DNA of 64,000 nt from Leucoraja ocellata. Lineage: Eukaryota. A program made the position numbers and the translations under genes. Numbering within the stretch: position 1 is the first letter of the stretch; each line of letters begins with the position of its first letter. The stretch spans positions 7,626,001 to 7,690,000 of the forward strand of contig JAWMAR010000085.1 in NCBI GenBank assembly GCA_036785375.1, in the 5' to 3' direction. This document shows positions 35,193-49,202 of the stretch, piece after piece. Below the pieces are notes generated by a model, which worked only from the letters and a program-made list of their open reading frames with translations, was not told the DNA's origin and did not search any database.

Positions 35193-36356
35193 AGCATAGG
35201 AAAGGTTTAGAGGTGATATTGGGCAAATGGGACTAGCTTGGATGGGGCATCATGGTCGGCAAGTGTCTTTGGTTACACAGTGGACTTCCATTTTGCTCTA
35301 TTCAGTTCTGCTTCCACTTTTCCTACACACCAGGGGCAAATTCCCATAAACCAATTAACCTACAAACCCGCACGTCTTTGCTATGTGGGAGGAAACCGGA
35401 GCATCCTGAGGCAGTGGCTCTACCAGCTGCGCCACTGTGCCGCCCCACTTGATACTGGGTTGACTCCCATTACAAATCGCATCCAAATATTCTCATTTAA
35501 TTTGACCGAACTGTACCAGTTCTCAGCTGATGAACTTGGCAGCCACACAGCACGATTCAACCTTCTCTCTCACAACAACAGGAAAGCATGAAAGAATCTC
35601 TAAATGCCGCCCACTTCATGGAAACCATGTCTCCTCCGCACTACCCAGTGCAGAGGCCTCGTGTTCAAAGTATGATGGGCACTTCAGTTAGCTGTCAACG
35701 CAGGTAACTGGCAAGAGGTTTAGTACCAACGACTATTTCCTTCATTGAAATTTGGGCTACTAATCCACTTTCCCACAATCTAGTTTCTCACAAATCCAAC
35801 AAACCCGTGTCTACAAAGCAACCAAATGGATTAACATGTGACAACATTGTTCATAAGCAGACAGACGTTTAGTGGGTGTCAAGCGGTAGATTAATTTTAG
35901 CTTCAATCCAAAGCAAAAGCAATCGAATAAAACCAGAAAGTCAAATATATGCACAATTTAGCATCTCCGCATTAAATGTGGGTTTGCGTTTGTTTTTGAG
36001 CATAGCTGAGATTGATTCAGCGAACTTTAGCTTTGTATCACTCTCTTCTTTTGGAAGTGACCCATTTCTAGTAATCAGATCACAGATAATAGTTTTGTTT
36101 AGAGAAACAGCGTAGAAACTGGCCCTTTGGGCCCACCGAGTCCATACTGGCAATCAATCACCCAGTCACACTAGCTCTGTTATCTCTCTTTCTCATCTGC
36201 TCTTTACTCACTGGGGGCAATTTACAGAGGGCCGTTTAATCTACAAACCCACACTTCTTTGGGATGTGGGAGGAAGCTGGAGCACCTGGAGAACCCCACT
36301 TGACCACAGGGATAACATGTAACCTCCACACACTGACAGCACCCGAGGGCACGATC

Positions 36357-36875
36357 ATAGAAACATAGAAAATAGTTGCAGGAGTAGGCCATTCGGCCCT
36401 TCGAGCCTGCACCGCCATTCAATATGATCATGACTGATCATCCAACTCAGTATCCTGTACCTGCCTTCTCTCCATACCCCCTGATTCCTTTAGCCACAAG
36501 GGCCACATCTAACTCCTTCTTAAATATACCCAATGAACAGGCCTCAACTACCTTCTGTGGCAAAGAATTCCACAGATTCACCACTCTCTGTGTGAAAAAT
36601 GTTTTTCTCATCTTGGTCCTAATTCCCCCTTGTCCTTAAACTGTGACCCCTTGTTCTGAACTTCCCCAACATTTGGAACAATCTTCCTGCATCTAGCCTG
36701 TCCAACCCCTTAAGAATTTTGTAAGTTTCAATAAGATCCCCCCTCAATCTTCTTAATTCCATCTTGTGCAAGCCGAGTCTATCCAGTCTTTCTTCATATG
36801 AAAGTCCTGCCATCCAGGAGTCAGTCTGGTGAACCTTCTCTGTACTCCCTCTATGGGGAACCCTCTCTGCACTCC
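36357..36875 (-). mobile_element. Young CR1 3' end
   Basis: CATAGAAACATAGAAA tail; YEERLDRLGL..RGDLIETYKILKGLDRLDA. Confidence 0.85.
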
Positions 36876-37416
36876 CTCCATGATCGAATCCTGCATGGTG
36901 GTGCAGTTGCTGCCTCTCAGTGCCAGATACCCACGTTCGATCCTGACGATGGGGGCTGTCTCTGCGGAGTTGTACATTCTCCCCATGAGCACATGGGTTT
37001 ACTCCGGGTGCTCCAGTTCCCTTAATGGTCCAAAGACGTGCAGGTTTGTAGGTGAATTAACTTTGGTAAAAATAGTGAATTGTCCCTAGTGTGTAGAATA
37101 GCACTTGTGTACGGGGATCGCTGGTCAGCAAGGACTCAATGGGCTGAAGTTCCTGTTTCTGTGCTGAACTAAACCCAAGGCTCTGGCACTGTGAGGCAGC
37201 AGATCTAGCAGTTGTGTCACTGTGCCTCTCACTTAGTGGGATTAAAACGTGAAATAAATAATGGGCACCTTGTATTTATGCCTACAATATTCTGTTGTGC
37301 TGCAGCAATCAAGAATTTCATTGTCCTATCTGGGACACATGACAATAAACTCACTTGACTTGACGAGATCAATAATGTGCATGTTACCTAAATATACTAT
37401 TACATTTTAGTTTTTT

Positions 37417-37708
37417 TAGTTTAGAGATACTGCCCGGAAACAGGCCCTTCGGCTCACATAGTCCGTGCTGACTGGTGATCCTAGCACTAGCATACACACT
37501 AGGGACAATTTGCGATTCTTACTGAAGACAATTAACCTACAAACCTGCATGTCTTTGGTGTGGGAGGAAACCGAAGCACACGGAGAAAACTCACACAGTC
37601 ACGGGGGGAACGTACAAACTCCGTACAGACAGTACCCATGGTCAGGATCGAACCCGGGTCTCTGGCCCTGTAAAGCAGCAACTCTATCATTGCGCCACCA
37701 TGCCGCCT
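37417..37708 (-). mobile_element. HE1-like V-SINE
   Basis: Reverse-complement full-length copy. Confidence 0.8.
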
Positions 37709-38173
37709 GTAATTGCAGTTATTGCTGAGGGACTTTCTGCAGTCCAGCTGTTAACATTCCTGACTGATAGAATTCCCACCAAGCAGCTACTTGGGAGCAT
37801 GAATTAATGAATCACAGAGACTTTCTCCAGACTGATATCTCATCGGATCATTTCCTTCTGATTCATCATCCCACAATGAGTCAGACATCAATGTCAATGA
37901 GCCCACAGGCACAAACGTCATGTCTTTAAATAAACAGGCCATTGCTGATACACAATAGCTAAGCTTTTGATAGGATTAATTCTCCCTCTTATCCAATTAC
38001 CTCTGTTACTCCAACCATTGGGAAGAAGATACAACAGTCTGAAAATTGTGACTACCTGGTTTTAGAACATAGAACACTAAAGCACAGAAACGGGCCCCTT
38101 TGTCCCACAATTTTTCTGCTGAATATGATCCAAATGATCATCTGGTCAAAAAGGGTTTTGGCACATTGATCCT

Positions 38174-38549
38174 CATAGAAACATAGAAACATAGAAATTA
38201 GGTGCAGGAGTAGGCCATTCGGCCCTTCGAGCCTGCACCGCCATTCAATATGATCATGGCTGATCATCCAACTCAGTATCCCGTACCTGCCTTCTCTCCA
38301 TACCCTCTGATCCCCTTAGCCACAAGGGCCACATCTAACTCCCTCTTAAATATAGCCAATGAACTGGCCTCGACTACCCTCTGCGGCAGAGAGTTCCAGA
38401 GATTCACCACTCTCTGTGTGAAAAAAGTTCTTCTCATCTCGGTTTTAAAGGATTTCCCCCTTATCCTTAAGCTGTGACCCCTTGTCCTGGACTACCCCAA
38501 CATCGGGAGCAATCTTCCTGCATCTAGCCTGTCCAAGCCCTTAAGAATT
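38174..38549 (-). mobile_element. Young CR1 3' end
   Basis: (CATAGAAA)3 tail; near-identical to the copies at 36357, 39895, 44897, 56056 and 58615. Confidence 0.85.
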
Positions 38550-38789
38550 CATCAGTCAGAGTATTGAGTATAGAATGTGTAGAAAGGAACTGCAGGTGCT
38601 GGTATACACCAAAGATAGACATAAAATGCTGGAGTAACTCAGCAGGTCAGGCAGCATCTCTGGAGTAAAAGGGTAGGTGACGTTTTGGGCCAGCGTCTGA
38701 AGAAGGATCCTGACCCAAAATGTCATCCGTCCTTTTTCTCCAAAGATGCTGCCGGACCCGCTGAATTACTCCAGCACTGTGTGTTTATA

Positions 38790-39368
38790 TTGAGTATAAG
38801 TTCGGATGTCACGCTGCGGTTATGTAAGGCGTTGGTGAGGCCACATTTAGAGTGTCGTGTTCAATTTTGTTCACCATGTTATAGGAAAGATGGTGTCAAG
38901 CTGGAAAGGGCGCAGAGAAGATTTGCGAGAATGTTGCCAAGACCCGAGGGCGTGAGGTATAGGGAGAGATTGAGCAAGTAAGGACTATTCCTTGGAGCGC
39001 AGGACAATGAGGGGCGATCTAATAAAGGTGTATACAATTATGAGAGGAATAGATCAGATAGGCGCACAGAGTCTCGTGCCCAGAGTAAGGGAAATCAAGA
39101 AGCAAAGGACATGGGTTTAAAGTGAGGGGGGAAAGATTAAATAGGAACATGAGGGTTAACTGTTTTTACACAAAGGTGTATGGAACTGCCGGAGGAGGTA
39201 GTTGAGGCAGGTACTATTGCAATGTTTAAGAAACATTTGGATTAAAAAGGATAGGACAGATTTAGAGGGGTGTATGGGCCAGACGCAGGCAGGTGTGATT
39301 AATGTAGAAGGGCTGGTGTGGGCAAGTTGGGCCAAATGGCTTGTTTCTGCGCTGTATGACTATGACTC
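38790..39368 (+). mobile_element. Degenerate CR1/HER1 3' region
   Basis: LCKALVRPHLECRVQFCSPCYRKDGVKLERAQRRFARMLP. Confidence 0.75.
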
Positions 39369-39894
39369 ATCTGCCAGTACATGATCCATATCCCTCTATG
39401 ACTTGCACTGTCTGAAAACCTCTAACACATCGTATCTGCCTCCTCCACCACCCCCGGCAGCACGTTCCAGGTCCCCATGGCTCTGTAAAAAAAACTTGGC
39501 CCATATATCTTCATGAAACTTTCCACTCTCGCCTTATAGCTAAGTCCTCTAGCGTTGGACATTACTACCTTAGAAAAAAGGTTTTGACGGTCTACCCTAT
39601 TGATGTCTCTCATCATTTTGCATACTTCTATCGTCTCCCCTCAACCTCTGATGTTCCAGAGGAACCAACCCAAGTTAGTCCAACCTCTCCGTTCAGCTGC
39701 AACATTCTGGTAAACCTCCTCTGCACCCTCTCCAAAGCCTCGACATCATTTCTTGTGACGGTGTGGGGGGGGGGGGGGGGGGCTTTCTCCCCCCACCCCC
39801 ACTATAATCGGGGTGGGGGGGGAAGGTCCAGACCTGAAACATTGTCTGTCCTTCAACAGATGCTGTCAGACCTGCTGAGTTCTTCCAACACTTC

Positions 39895-40206
39895 CATTGT
39901 TCCCGATGTTGGGGAAGTCCAGGACAAGGGGGAAATCCTTTAAAACCGGGATGAGAATAACTTTTTTCACACAGAGAGTGGTGAATCTCTGGAACTCTCT
40001 GCCACAGAGGGTAGTTGAGGCCAGTTCATTGGCTATATTTAAGAGGGAGTTAGATGTGGCCCTTGTGGCTAAAGGGATCAGGGGGTATGGAGAGAAGGCA
40101 GGTACGGGATACTGAGTTGGATGATCAGCCATGATCATATTGAATGGCGGTGCAGACTCGAAGGGCCTAATGGCCTACTCCTGCACCTAATTTCTATGTT
40201 TCTATG
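39895..40206 (+). mobile_element. Young CR1 3' end
   Basis: FFTQRVVNLWNSLP..GIRGYGEKAGTGY*; TTTCTATG tail. Confidence 0.85.
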
Positions 40207-40623
40207 TAACACATTATGTTTTATCATGATTCCAGCACCTGCAGTTCCTTGTGGCTAAATCAAAGTGGTTTTCTCCTGCCAACTTTTCGAACTTGTTCAG
40301 AAAGTGCCCCAGCATGTAACAATAGCTGTTGCAGATCAAAGTTTAATAATTAAACTCTAATCATGTTATGCATACAGTGGAAGATCTGACTTCATTAAAG
40401 CAAATAGTTTTCATCTGTAAGCCAAGCTGGCCTCTAAGTTAAGCTGTCATGAACAGCTTTGACAGTGCTAGAGTCACTAGTCTTTGAAATGAATATAAGG
40501 AAGCAAATCAAAGAGTGATTTGGCTGGGAATCAGGGATAAGAGGCTCATCATCCAAGAAGTTTCATAGACTAATGCTGGGTTGGTTTGTATACCCAGCAT
40601 TGACAAAAGGATGATATGCATAT

Positions 40624-40921
40624 GGGTGGCACAGTGGCGCAGCGCTATAGTTGCCGCCTTACAGCGCCAGAGACCCAGGTTTAATCCTGACTACGGGTGC
40701 TGTCTATACAGAGTTTGTATGTTTCCCCCAGTGACTGCGTGGGTTTTCCCCAGGTGTTCCGGTTTCCTTCCACACTCCAAAGATGTACAGGTTTGTAAGT
40801 TAATTGGCTTCGGTAAAAATTGTACATTGTCCCTGGTGTGTAGGATAGTGCTAGTGTACAGGGATCACTGGTCGGCATGGACTCGGTGGGTTGAAGGGCC
40901 TGTTTCTGGGCTGTATCTCTA
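40624..40921 (+). mobile_element. HE1-like V-SINE, full length
   Basis: GGGTGGCACAGTGGCGCAGC...GGTTTAATCCTGACTACGGGTGCTG...GAAGGGCCTGTTTCTGGGCTGTATCTCTA. Confidence 0.85.
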
Positions 40922-42694
40922 GACCATAGATAGAGTAGGCAGTCAGTGCCTTTCTCTAGGATGGAGATGTCCAACACTAGAGGGCGCAGCTTTGAGGTGT
41001 GAGGGGCAAAGTTGAAAGGCGATGTGCGGGGCAAGTTTTTTTTTTACAGAGGGTGGGGGGGTGCCTGGAACACACTGCCATGGGTGATGGTGGAGGCTGA
41101 TATGAAAGTGGTATTGTAGAGACTCTTAGATAGGCACACAGATATGCAGGGAATGGATGGATATGGATCACATGCAGGCAGAGGAGATTTGTTCTATCGG
41201 GAAAATGAAACTAAGCTTAGATGAGGCATTTTGGTCGGCATGGGCAAGGTGGGCTGAAGGGCTCATTTCCATGCTGTCTGGCTTTTTGAATTTGGTGTTC
41301 ATGCCAGCATGTTGAAGGCTACCCAAGCGGAAGATGAGGTACGGTTCTTTCAGTAGACAGAGCAATGTGTGAAGTAATCACTATTAATAGAAAACTGCTC
41401 AAAATCTTTCAACAATTTAATGGAAGAATCTATTGAAGTAGGCCACCAATCACATGAAGACGGCTTTATCTCAAGATCTAATTCAATAAGCCAATGGAAA
41501 AAATAGTTTTAATATAGAATTCCGGATGCCTCAAGCACTTTACAGTCAATGAAGAACTTTTAGAAGTATAGTCCCTGTTGCAATTTAGGAAATTAGCTTT
41601 ATTTGTCCTTTTTAACCTCATAACGTTTAATTCAATGCATTGATCATATGTAGCAACACTTTATGATTGGATCGCACATTGGCTTTGAGATGTCCCAAGT
41701 GTTTCATAGAACAGTAGAGCATAGGAAGAGGCCCTTCGGCCCACAATGTCTGTGCTTAACATGATGCCAAGTTAATCTTCTGAGGCTGTACCCTCTGGTC
41801 CTCGACTCTCCTACTATTCGAAACATCCGCCCCACATCCACTCTGTCCAGACCTTTCAGTATCCGATAGGTTTCAATGAGTTCCCTCCTCATCCTCCTAA
41901 TTTCCAGTGAGTACAGGCCCAGAGCCATTGAATGCTCATCATATGTTAACCCAATCTTGCGATCATTCTTGTAAACCACCTCTGGACCTTATCAGCCAAC
42001 ACATCCTTCCACAGACATGGGGCTGAAAACTGCTCACTGCACCTACAGTATCTAAAAGCCATTATCATATCTACCTCTACCATCACCTTGGAATTATGTT
42101 CCAAACGCACACCACCCTCGGTGTAAAAAAAAGACATGTGCTGCACATTCCTTTAAACTTTGCCTTATCAACCTTAAAGCAATGTCCTCTAGTCTTTGAT
42201 ATTTCCGTCCTGGGGAAAATGGTTTTGACTGTCTGTCCTATCTGTGCCTCTGATAATTTTGTTTATCTATCTATGCTTCCCAATTTATAAACTTCTATCA
42301 GGTCTCTGATGCTCTGGGGAAAGCAATCCGAGTCTCTGCTCATAACCCCTAATCCAGGCATCCTTGTAAATCTTTTCTGTGCCATTTGCAAACCCTCCAC
42401 ATCCTTTCTGTCAAGAGGTCACCAGAACTGTTTAATTGGCTCATGAGTCAAGAGTGTATAATTATCATATGTATCGAAAAACAGAAGAATGATATCCTTA
42501 CTTGCAGAAGCATAACAGATCTATAAACACATTACACAATGAACAAAAAAGTTCAATCTTTTTTTAAAAAGCGATATTAGTGTAAAAAAGCCCAAAGTCT
42601 CTTGTGCGAACAAGACAATTCATGGTGAGTCACCCGTCCTTTTTCTCCAGACATGCTGTCCCGCCTGCTGAGATACTTCAGCATGTTGTTCATA

Positions 42695-42980
42695 CTTTAG
42701 TTGGTGTTTGTATTGTTCAAGAGCCTGATGGTTTTTGGGAAGAAGCTGTTCGTGAACCTGGAGGTCATGGTTTTCAGGCTCCTGTACCTTCTTCCCAAGT
42801 GAAAAGATAGGAATGCAATGAAAGTGTTCCCAGGGTGGTGTGTGTCTTTGATGATGCTGGCTGCCTTTTTGAAGCAGCGCCTCCTGTAGATCCCTTTGGT
42901 GGTGGGGAAGTCAGTAACCATGATAGACCGTGCAGTGTTCACCGCTCTCTGTAATCTCCCTCATTCCTGTGCGTTCGAGT
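42695..42980 (-). mobile_element. Rex1/Babar-type fragment
   Basis: GIYRRRCFKKAASIIKDTHHPG...GRRYRSLKTMTSRFTNSFFP. Confidence 0.75.
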
Positions 42981-43067
42981 TCTCCTTGCTGGAATGGAAG
43001 GTGCTCCCAACTAAATACTGTTTGCCAGTAACTTCCTGTTCAGCTAAATGTCTCAAAAGGATGTCAC

Positions 43068-43560
43068 AAGTGGGAAAGGGCACGGAGAAGATTTACGAGG
43101 ACGTTGCCACGACTTGAGGGCTTGAGCTATGGGGAGAGGTTGAGCAGACTTGGACTTTACTCCTAGGAGTGCATGAAAAGACAGATGATCTTATATAGGT
43201 GTACAAAATCATGAGAGGGTAGATAAGGTAGATGCACAGATTCTCCTGCCCAGAGTAGGGGAATCAAGAACCAAAGGACATAGGTTTAAGGTGAGGGGGG
43301 AAAGATTTAATAGGAACCTGAGGGGTACCCTTTTCACGTAAAGGGTGGTGGGTGCATGGAACGAGTTGCTGGAGGGGATAGTTGAGGCAGATACTATTGC
43401 AACGTTTAAGAAACATTTAGACAGGGACATTGATAGGACAGGTTTATAGGGATATGGACCAAACGCTGGCAGGTGGGACTAGTGTAGATGGGGCATGTTG
43501 GCTGGTGTGGGCAGGTTAGTCCGAAGAGCCTGTTTCTTTGCTGTGTGACTCAATTACTCT
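43068..43560 (+). mobile_element. Degenerate CR1/HER1 3' region
   Basis: Typical HER1 3' coding end plus GGGCAGGTTAGTCCGAAGAGCCTGTTTC tail. Confidence 0.7.
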
Positions 43561-44392
43561 AAAGCAAATAATCCTATTTTATCTTATGTCGAAAATACCA
43601 TAGAGATACTCAGTTCATCTTATCTTCATAGGCTGTGTTTATTTTTAATTATTAAAGGAATGTTTTATGGAATGTCTTAGGCTGCTGAATTAATGTGCAT
43701 TAGGTAATGCAAAAAATGTGTTGCAATTAATGTGCAATTGACTTACACAGCGATCCATCATGATGGTAATTTTAAGTTTATGTAACACAACTGGCAAATA
43801 TTCTCCCTGGCCCTGGATGTGTTTTTTTTTTAAAAGATGAAGAATTTCTTTAGTCAGAGGCTGGTGAATCTGTGGAATTCATGCTGTGGAGGCCAAGTCA
43901 ATGAATGTTTTTAAGGTGGAGATTGACAGATTCTGGATTAGTAAGTGTGCCGGGGGGTTATGGGGAGAAGGCAGGAGAATGGGGTTGAGCGGAAAAGGAG
44001 GATCTGCCAAGTAGACTTGATGTGTAAGCAGGAACAGCAGATGCTGGTTTAAACTAAAGATAGACACAAAAAGCTGGAGTAACTCAGCGGGACAGGCAGC
44101 ATCTCTGGAGGAAGGAATGGGTGACATTTCGGATCGAGACCCTTCTTCAGATGGACCGAATGGCGTAATTCTGCCCCTAGAATTTATGAACTTGTCAGCC
44201 ATGCCAAAGATAGCATTAAGATGGAACGAGTGAAGAGAAGACTTACGAGGGTGTTGCCAGGACTTGAGGGAAAGGCTGTGCAGGCTCGGACTTTATTCCT
44301 TGGAGGGCAGAATAAAATCATGATGGGAATTGATAGGGCAAATGTAGAGTCTTCTTACCCAGGGTAGAGGAATCAAAAACCAGAGGACACAG

Positions 44393-44690
44393 TGACACAG
44401 CCTGTAGAGCCGCTGCCTCACAGCGCCAGAAACTGGTTCAATCCTAATCTCGGGTGTTGTCTGTGTGGAATTTGCTCATTGTCCCTGTGACTGTGTGGGT
44501 TTCCTTACGGTGCCTGAAGACACAAAGACGTGCAGGCTGGTATGTTAATTGGCCGTCTGTACGTTGCCTTCTAGAGTGCAGGGAGTGGATGAGAAAATCA
44601 GATAATGTAGAACTGGTGTGAACGGGTGATTGATGGTCGGCGTGGACTCGGTGGGCCGAAGGGCCTGTTTCCATCTATCTTGAAACTAGA
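44393..44690 (+). mobile_element. HE1-like V-SINE
   Basis: Same architecture. Confidence 0.75.
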
Positions 44691-44896
44691 TGGCATAGGT
44701 TTAATGTAAGAGGGACAAATTTTGATAGGTAGTTGAGGGGCAACGTTTTTACACAGAGGGTTGTGGGTATGTGGAAGGAGCAGCCAGAGGAGGTAGTTGA
44801 GGCAGGTACTATAATAACATTTAAAAGACTCAGATGCATGGATAGTAATGGTTTAGAGGGATATGGGCCAAATGAGGACTAACTTAGATTGTGTTA

Positions 44897-45084
44897 GAAA
44901 CATAGAAAATAGGTGCAGGAGTAGGCCATTCGGCCCTTCAAGCCTGCACCGCCATTCAATATGATCATGGCTGATCATCCAACTCAGTATCCCGTACCTG
45001 CCTTCTCTCCATACCCCCTGATTCCTTTAGCCACAAGGGCCACATCTAGCTCCCTCTTAAATATAGCAAGAGGGAGTTAGATGT
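44897..45084 (-). mobile_element. Young CR1 3' end with terminal fold-back
   Basis: Same family; a 17-bp inverted copy lies at the truncation point. Confidence 0.8.
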
Positions 45085-48000
45085 TCTTGAATGAGTTGGG
45101 CAGAAGGGCTTGTTTCCCAGCTGTATGTCTCAATATTCTTGCTTTATGCTCATAAATCTTAAATCTATTCCCAACCATATGGTTAGACAATCCACTCACC
45201 AGGCAGCAACTATCAATATAGTGAACCTATGAGGGAGTGGCAAGGTTGAGAGGGAGATCCTAGTAACATCGTGCACAGAAACAGGCCCTTCAGCCCACAA
45301 TGCCTGTGCTGAGCATGATGCCAAGTTAAACTAATCTTCTTTGACTGTAACAAATCCAAATCCCTGCATATCCATGTGCCTATCTAAAAGTCTCTTAAAC
45401 ATCACTATCGTATCTGCCTCCGCCACCACCCCTGGCATCATGTTCCAAACACCCACCAGCCTCTGTATAAAAATAAACTTGCCCCGTACTGCTCCTTTAA
45501 ACCTTGCCTCTCTCACCTTAAAGCTATGCCCGCTAGACTTTGGTATTTCTACCCAGAGGAAGACGGTTCTGATTGTCCACCCTATCTAAGTCTCGCATAA
45601 TTTTATATACTCATGGGCAAAGTGTTAAAAATCAATTGAAGGTATTGTATTGCTTAATTTTTGTTTTAAATAACATTTTTGCATCTTTTTCGCTGAAAGC
45701 AAATGATCTTGTGTGATATTTAAAAATGAAGAACTTTTACTTTGGCTACTAAAAGAAATCTGTGGGATTCGGATTGGTTTGGGGAGAGCTTTATCTGAAT
45801 CTGAATGATTCCAATAACGCCCATCTTGTAAATTGTGGACACAAATGATTGCAATGAAGAAAGATGTTGTCTTCCCATCTGGTGAAAACAAGACAAGAGA
45901 CTGCCCCTTGAGAATTAGTGGCTATTTTGGTGTAGGTATGCAATTATCGTGTGTACCTAGATACAGTGAAAAGCTTTTGTTTGCGTGCTATGCGTGCAAG
46001 GGTGGCACAATGGCACAGCTGGTAGAGCTGCCACCTCACAGCGCCAATGACCCGGGTTCGATCTTGACCTCCGACGCTGCCGGTGTGGAGTTTGCACGTT
46101 GTCCCTGTCACCGTGTGAGTTTCCTCCGGGGGCTCCAGTTTCCACCCACATCCCAAAGACGTGCGGGTTTTTAGGTTAATTGGCCGTCTATAAATTGCTG
46201 CGAACTTTGTGTCTTTTTTTTGTAAACCAGCATCTGCAGTTCCTTGCTTCTACTTTTCACTGTACCTTGGTACATGTGCCTATAATAAACCTAACATATC
46301 GAGTGTGGAGAGTGGACAGGAAAGTGGGATAACATAGAACTAGTGCGAACATGTGATTGACGGTCAACATGGAATCGGTGGGCCGAAGGGCCTGTTTCCA
46401 TGCTGTGTCATTCACTCATTAATTTATTAATTTTGAATTATTGATAAAAAAATTTTTATTGTATGTTATGTATGTGTATCATGTTTACAGCCCTGTTAAG
46501 CTGCAGCAAGTAAGAATTTCATTGTTCTGTTGTCGGTACATATGACGATTAAAACATTCTTGACTTGACTTCAAATCAAATTGTACTATGCATGAGTACA
46601 ATCAAGCTACGTACAAATACAACAGGCAAAGCAAAGAGAAAAATACCAGAGTGCAGAATATAGTGTTACAGTGTTGTAGCGTTACTGTTATAGAGGAAAA
46701 GTCCAAGGTCCTCAATGGGATAAGTTGGTATTGATTTATTATTGTCACGTGTGCTGAGATACACTGAAAAGCTTTGTTTGCATGCTGACCGATTAAATCT
46801 ACATGGGTACAATCAAACCATACACAAGTACACAGAGAACGCAAGGAGCAAAGTACCAAAATATAGAGCAAAACACAAAATGTCGGAGGAACTCCAAGGT
46901 CACGTCATAGGAGCAGAATTAGGTAATTCAGCCCATCGAGTTTGAATCTAGTCCACAGATCATCTGTGGAGGGAATGGGTAGGTAACATTTTAGGGCTAA
47001 TTTACTTTAGTTTGGAGATAAAGCACGGAAACAGGCTCGTTGGCCCACCAAGGCTGTGCCAACCAGCGATCCCCGCACACTTACACTATCCTACACACAC
47101 TAAAGGACAATTTACAATTATACCAAGCCAATTAGCCTACAAACATGTAAGTTGTTAGAGTGTGGGAGGATACTGGAAAAAACCCACGCAGTTCACGGGG
47201 AGAATGTACAAACTCGGTACAGACAGCACCCATAGTCAGGATCTAACCCGTCTTTGGCGCTTCTGCTGCACCACTGTGCCACCCTTCTTCCATGCAGAGT
47301 ATAGTTTTGCAGGATGGAAGATTTGCAGAATTAATTTGGCCCCTCGCCTCCACATCCCCCCCCCCCCCCCCCCCGCCATTTAGTACGATCATGGCTAATC
47401 AATTTGCAACCTAATTTCCACATTCCCATCTACCCTTGTAATCTCACTGCCCTTTGCTCATCTCAAATCTATCACTGCCTTAAAAATAGTCAAAGACACT
47501 AAGGTAGAACGGTGTGGATGGGAAAGGCTCACAGGGATATGTTTAGTTTAGTTTATTGTCGCATGAGGAATATGGATTCAGTGCATCATGCTCAACCAGC
47601 TCAATTGTAATGTATTGTCTTTCCACTGACTGGTTAGCACGCAACAAAAGCTTTTCACTGTACCTCGGTACACGTGACAATAAACTAAACTAAACAAAAC
47701 ATTGTGGCTGAAGGGCCTGTTCTTGTGCTGTATTGTTTCGTGTTCTATTAACAGTGAATATTAAAAGAGTATTTACTGTTAAACATATTTGCAGACTTAT
47801 TTTTGTGCCGATCTATGTTTAGGAAAACCTTAAAGGGAAATGGGTCGAATGTGGGCAAATGGGATTCGCTTAGATGGGGCATCTTGGTCGGCGTGGACAA
47901 GTTGGGCCTGTTTCCGTGCTGTATCTCTAAACAATACTAAGTTAAAATAACACAAATAAAGATTGCTAGAGTAACTCTGTGGGTCAGGAAGCATCCCTGG

Positions 48001-48435
48001 AGAAAATGATGGGTGACGCTTCGGGTCTGGACCCTTCTTCAGACTACAAAAGGAATACTTGTGGTCTCGCCAGTGTTCGATATAACTGAAGCATTGCCTT
48101 CGTACTTTTGTATTCACCTCCTCAAGCCATAAACATAACATGTTGCCTTTCCTAATTAGTGCTGTAATGGCTTTTCTAATTACCTGCAAACGAGCCTTTT
48201 GCAAATCGTGTACTATGAAACACAGATCTCGCAAATCTCAGCCGTTTCTCATCATTTAGCTCATTATGCTTCTCACCCAGAGTAGGGAAATCACGAAACA
48301 GAGGTCGCATGTTTAAGGTGAGAGGGGCAAAATATAAAAGGAAAGTGAGACGCAACCTCTTCACTCAAAGGATGGCAGGTAAATGGAATGAGCTGCCAGA
48401 GGAGGTAGTTGAGGGAAGTACTATAATTATATCTA

Positions 48436-48850
48436 TCTATATCTTATAACTATTAAATGTCTGATCTTGGATGTGTGTGTGTGTGTGTGTGTGATCATAC
48501 TGCTCGAAAAAAGCGATGCTCTGACGGTAACATTTTTACTAATTCATGTAGCGTTTTATCCCGTGAAGTCAAAAATCGGCTTGCCTGAAAATTTTGAGCT
48601 TTATTTCTTTAGTTATTTATGAAAATGTTAAAAAATGTCAAATATCTTGAGCTGATGATGTCACAATGGGTCTGCTCACGCCGCCTGCTGTGCACTGTTT
48701 TACACGCGCTGTGAGTTGCGTCCCCTCCCCCCCCCCCCCCCCGACTTGCAGTGATTTAGTCGTCGCCCGCTCGACGTCGACTCCCACTCGGCCGCCCCGC
48801 CCTGCCCGCAGCCCAGCCGCCCCACCCTCTCTCTCTCTCTCTCTCACACA
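48436..48850 (+). mobile_element. Second Helitron-like non-autonomous element
   Basis: A|TCTATATCTTATAACTATTAAATGTCTGATCTTG resembles the 14705 terminus (TCTATATTACTAAAAGTCTGATCTTG); followed by (GT)n and a GC-rich tract. Confidence 0.5.
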
Positions 48851-49202
48851 CAATGTCTGTTCCAAACATGAAGCAAAGACTATCACGTATCTACCTGCAC
48901 ATATCCAATATCCCTCCATTCCCTGCATATCCATGTGCCTCTCTAAAACCCTCGTAAACACCACTATCCTATTTACCTCCACTGCCACCCCTGGCAGCGG
49001 GTTCCAGGCACTCGCAACGTCCTGTGTAAAAGAGAAATGTCCCTGCACATCTGCTTTTAACTTTGTCCTTCTCACATGAAAGCAATGTCCTCTAGTAAAT
49101 ATGGTTTGCAAGATAAAACTCAGGTTTACACGTGACTGTAATAATTTAAATATAAAATTGATATTATTTGACGGATCAGTTCTAATAAATTATTACAGAT
49201 TT

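Noticed and set aside
40624-40700. tRNA-like sequences with A/B boxes (many copies)
   Set aside because: They are SINE heads continuing into the V-domain and LINE tail; no complete cloverleaf.
48666-49079. 137-aa Pro-rich ORF
   Set aside because: Spans poly-C, (CT)n and a CR1 remnant; low complexity.
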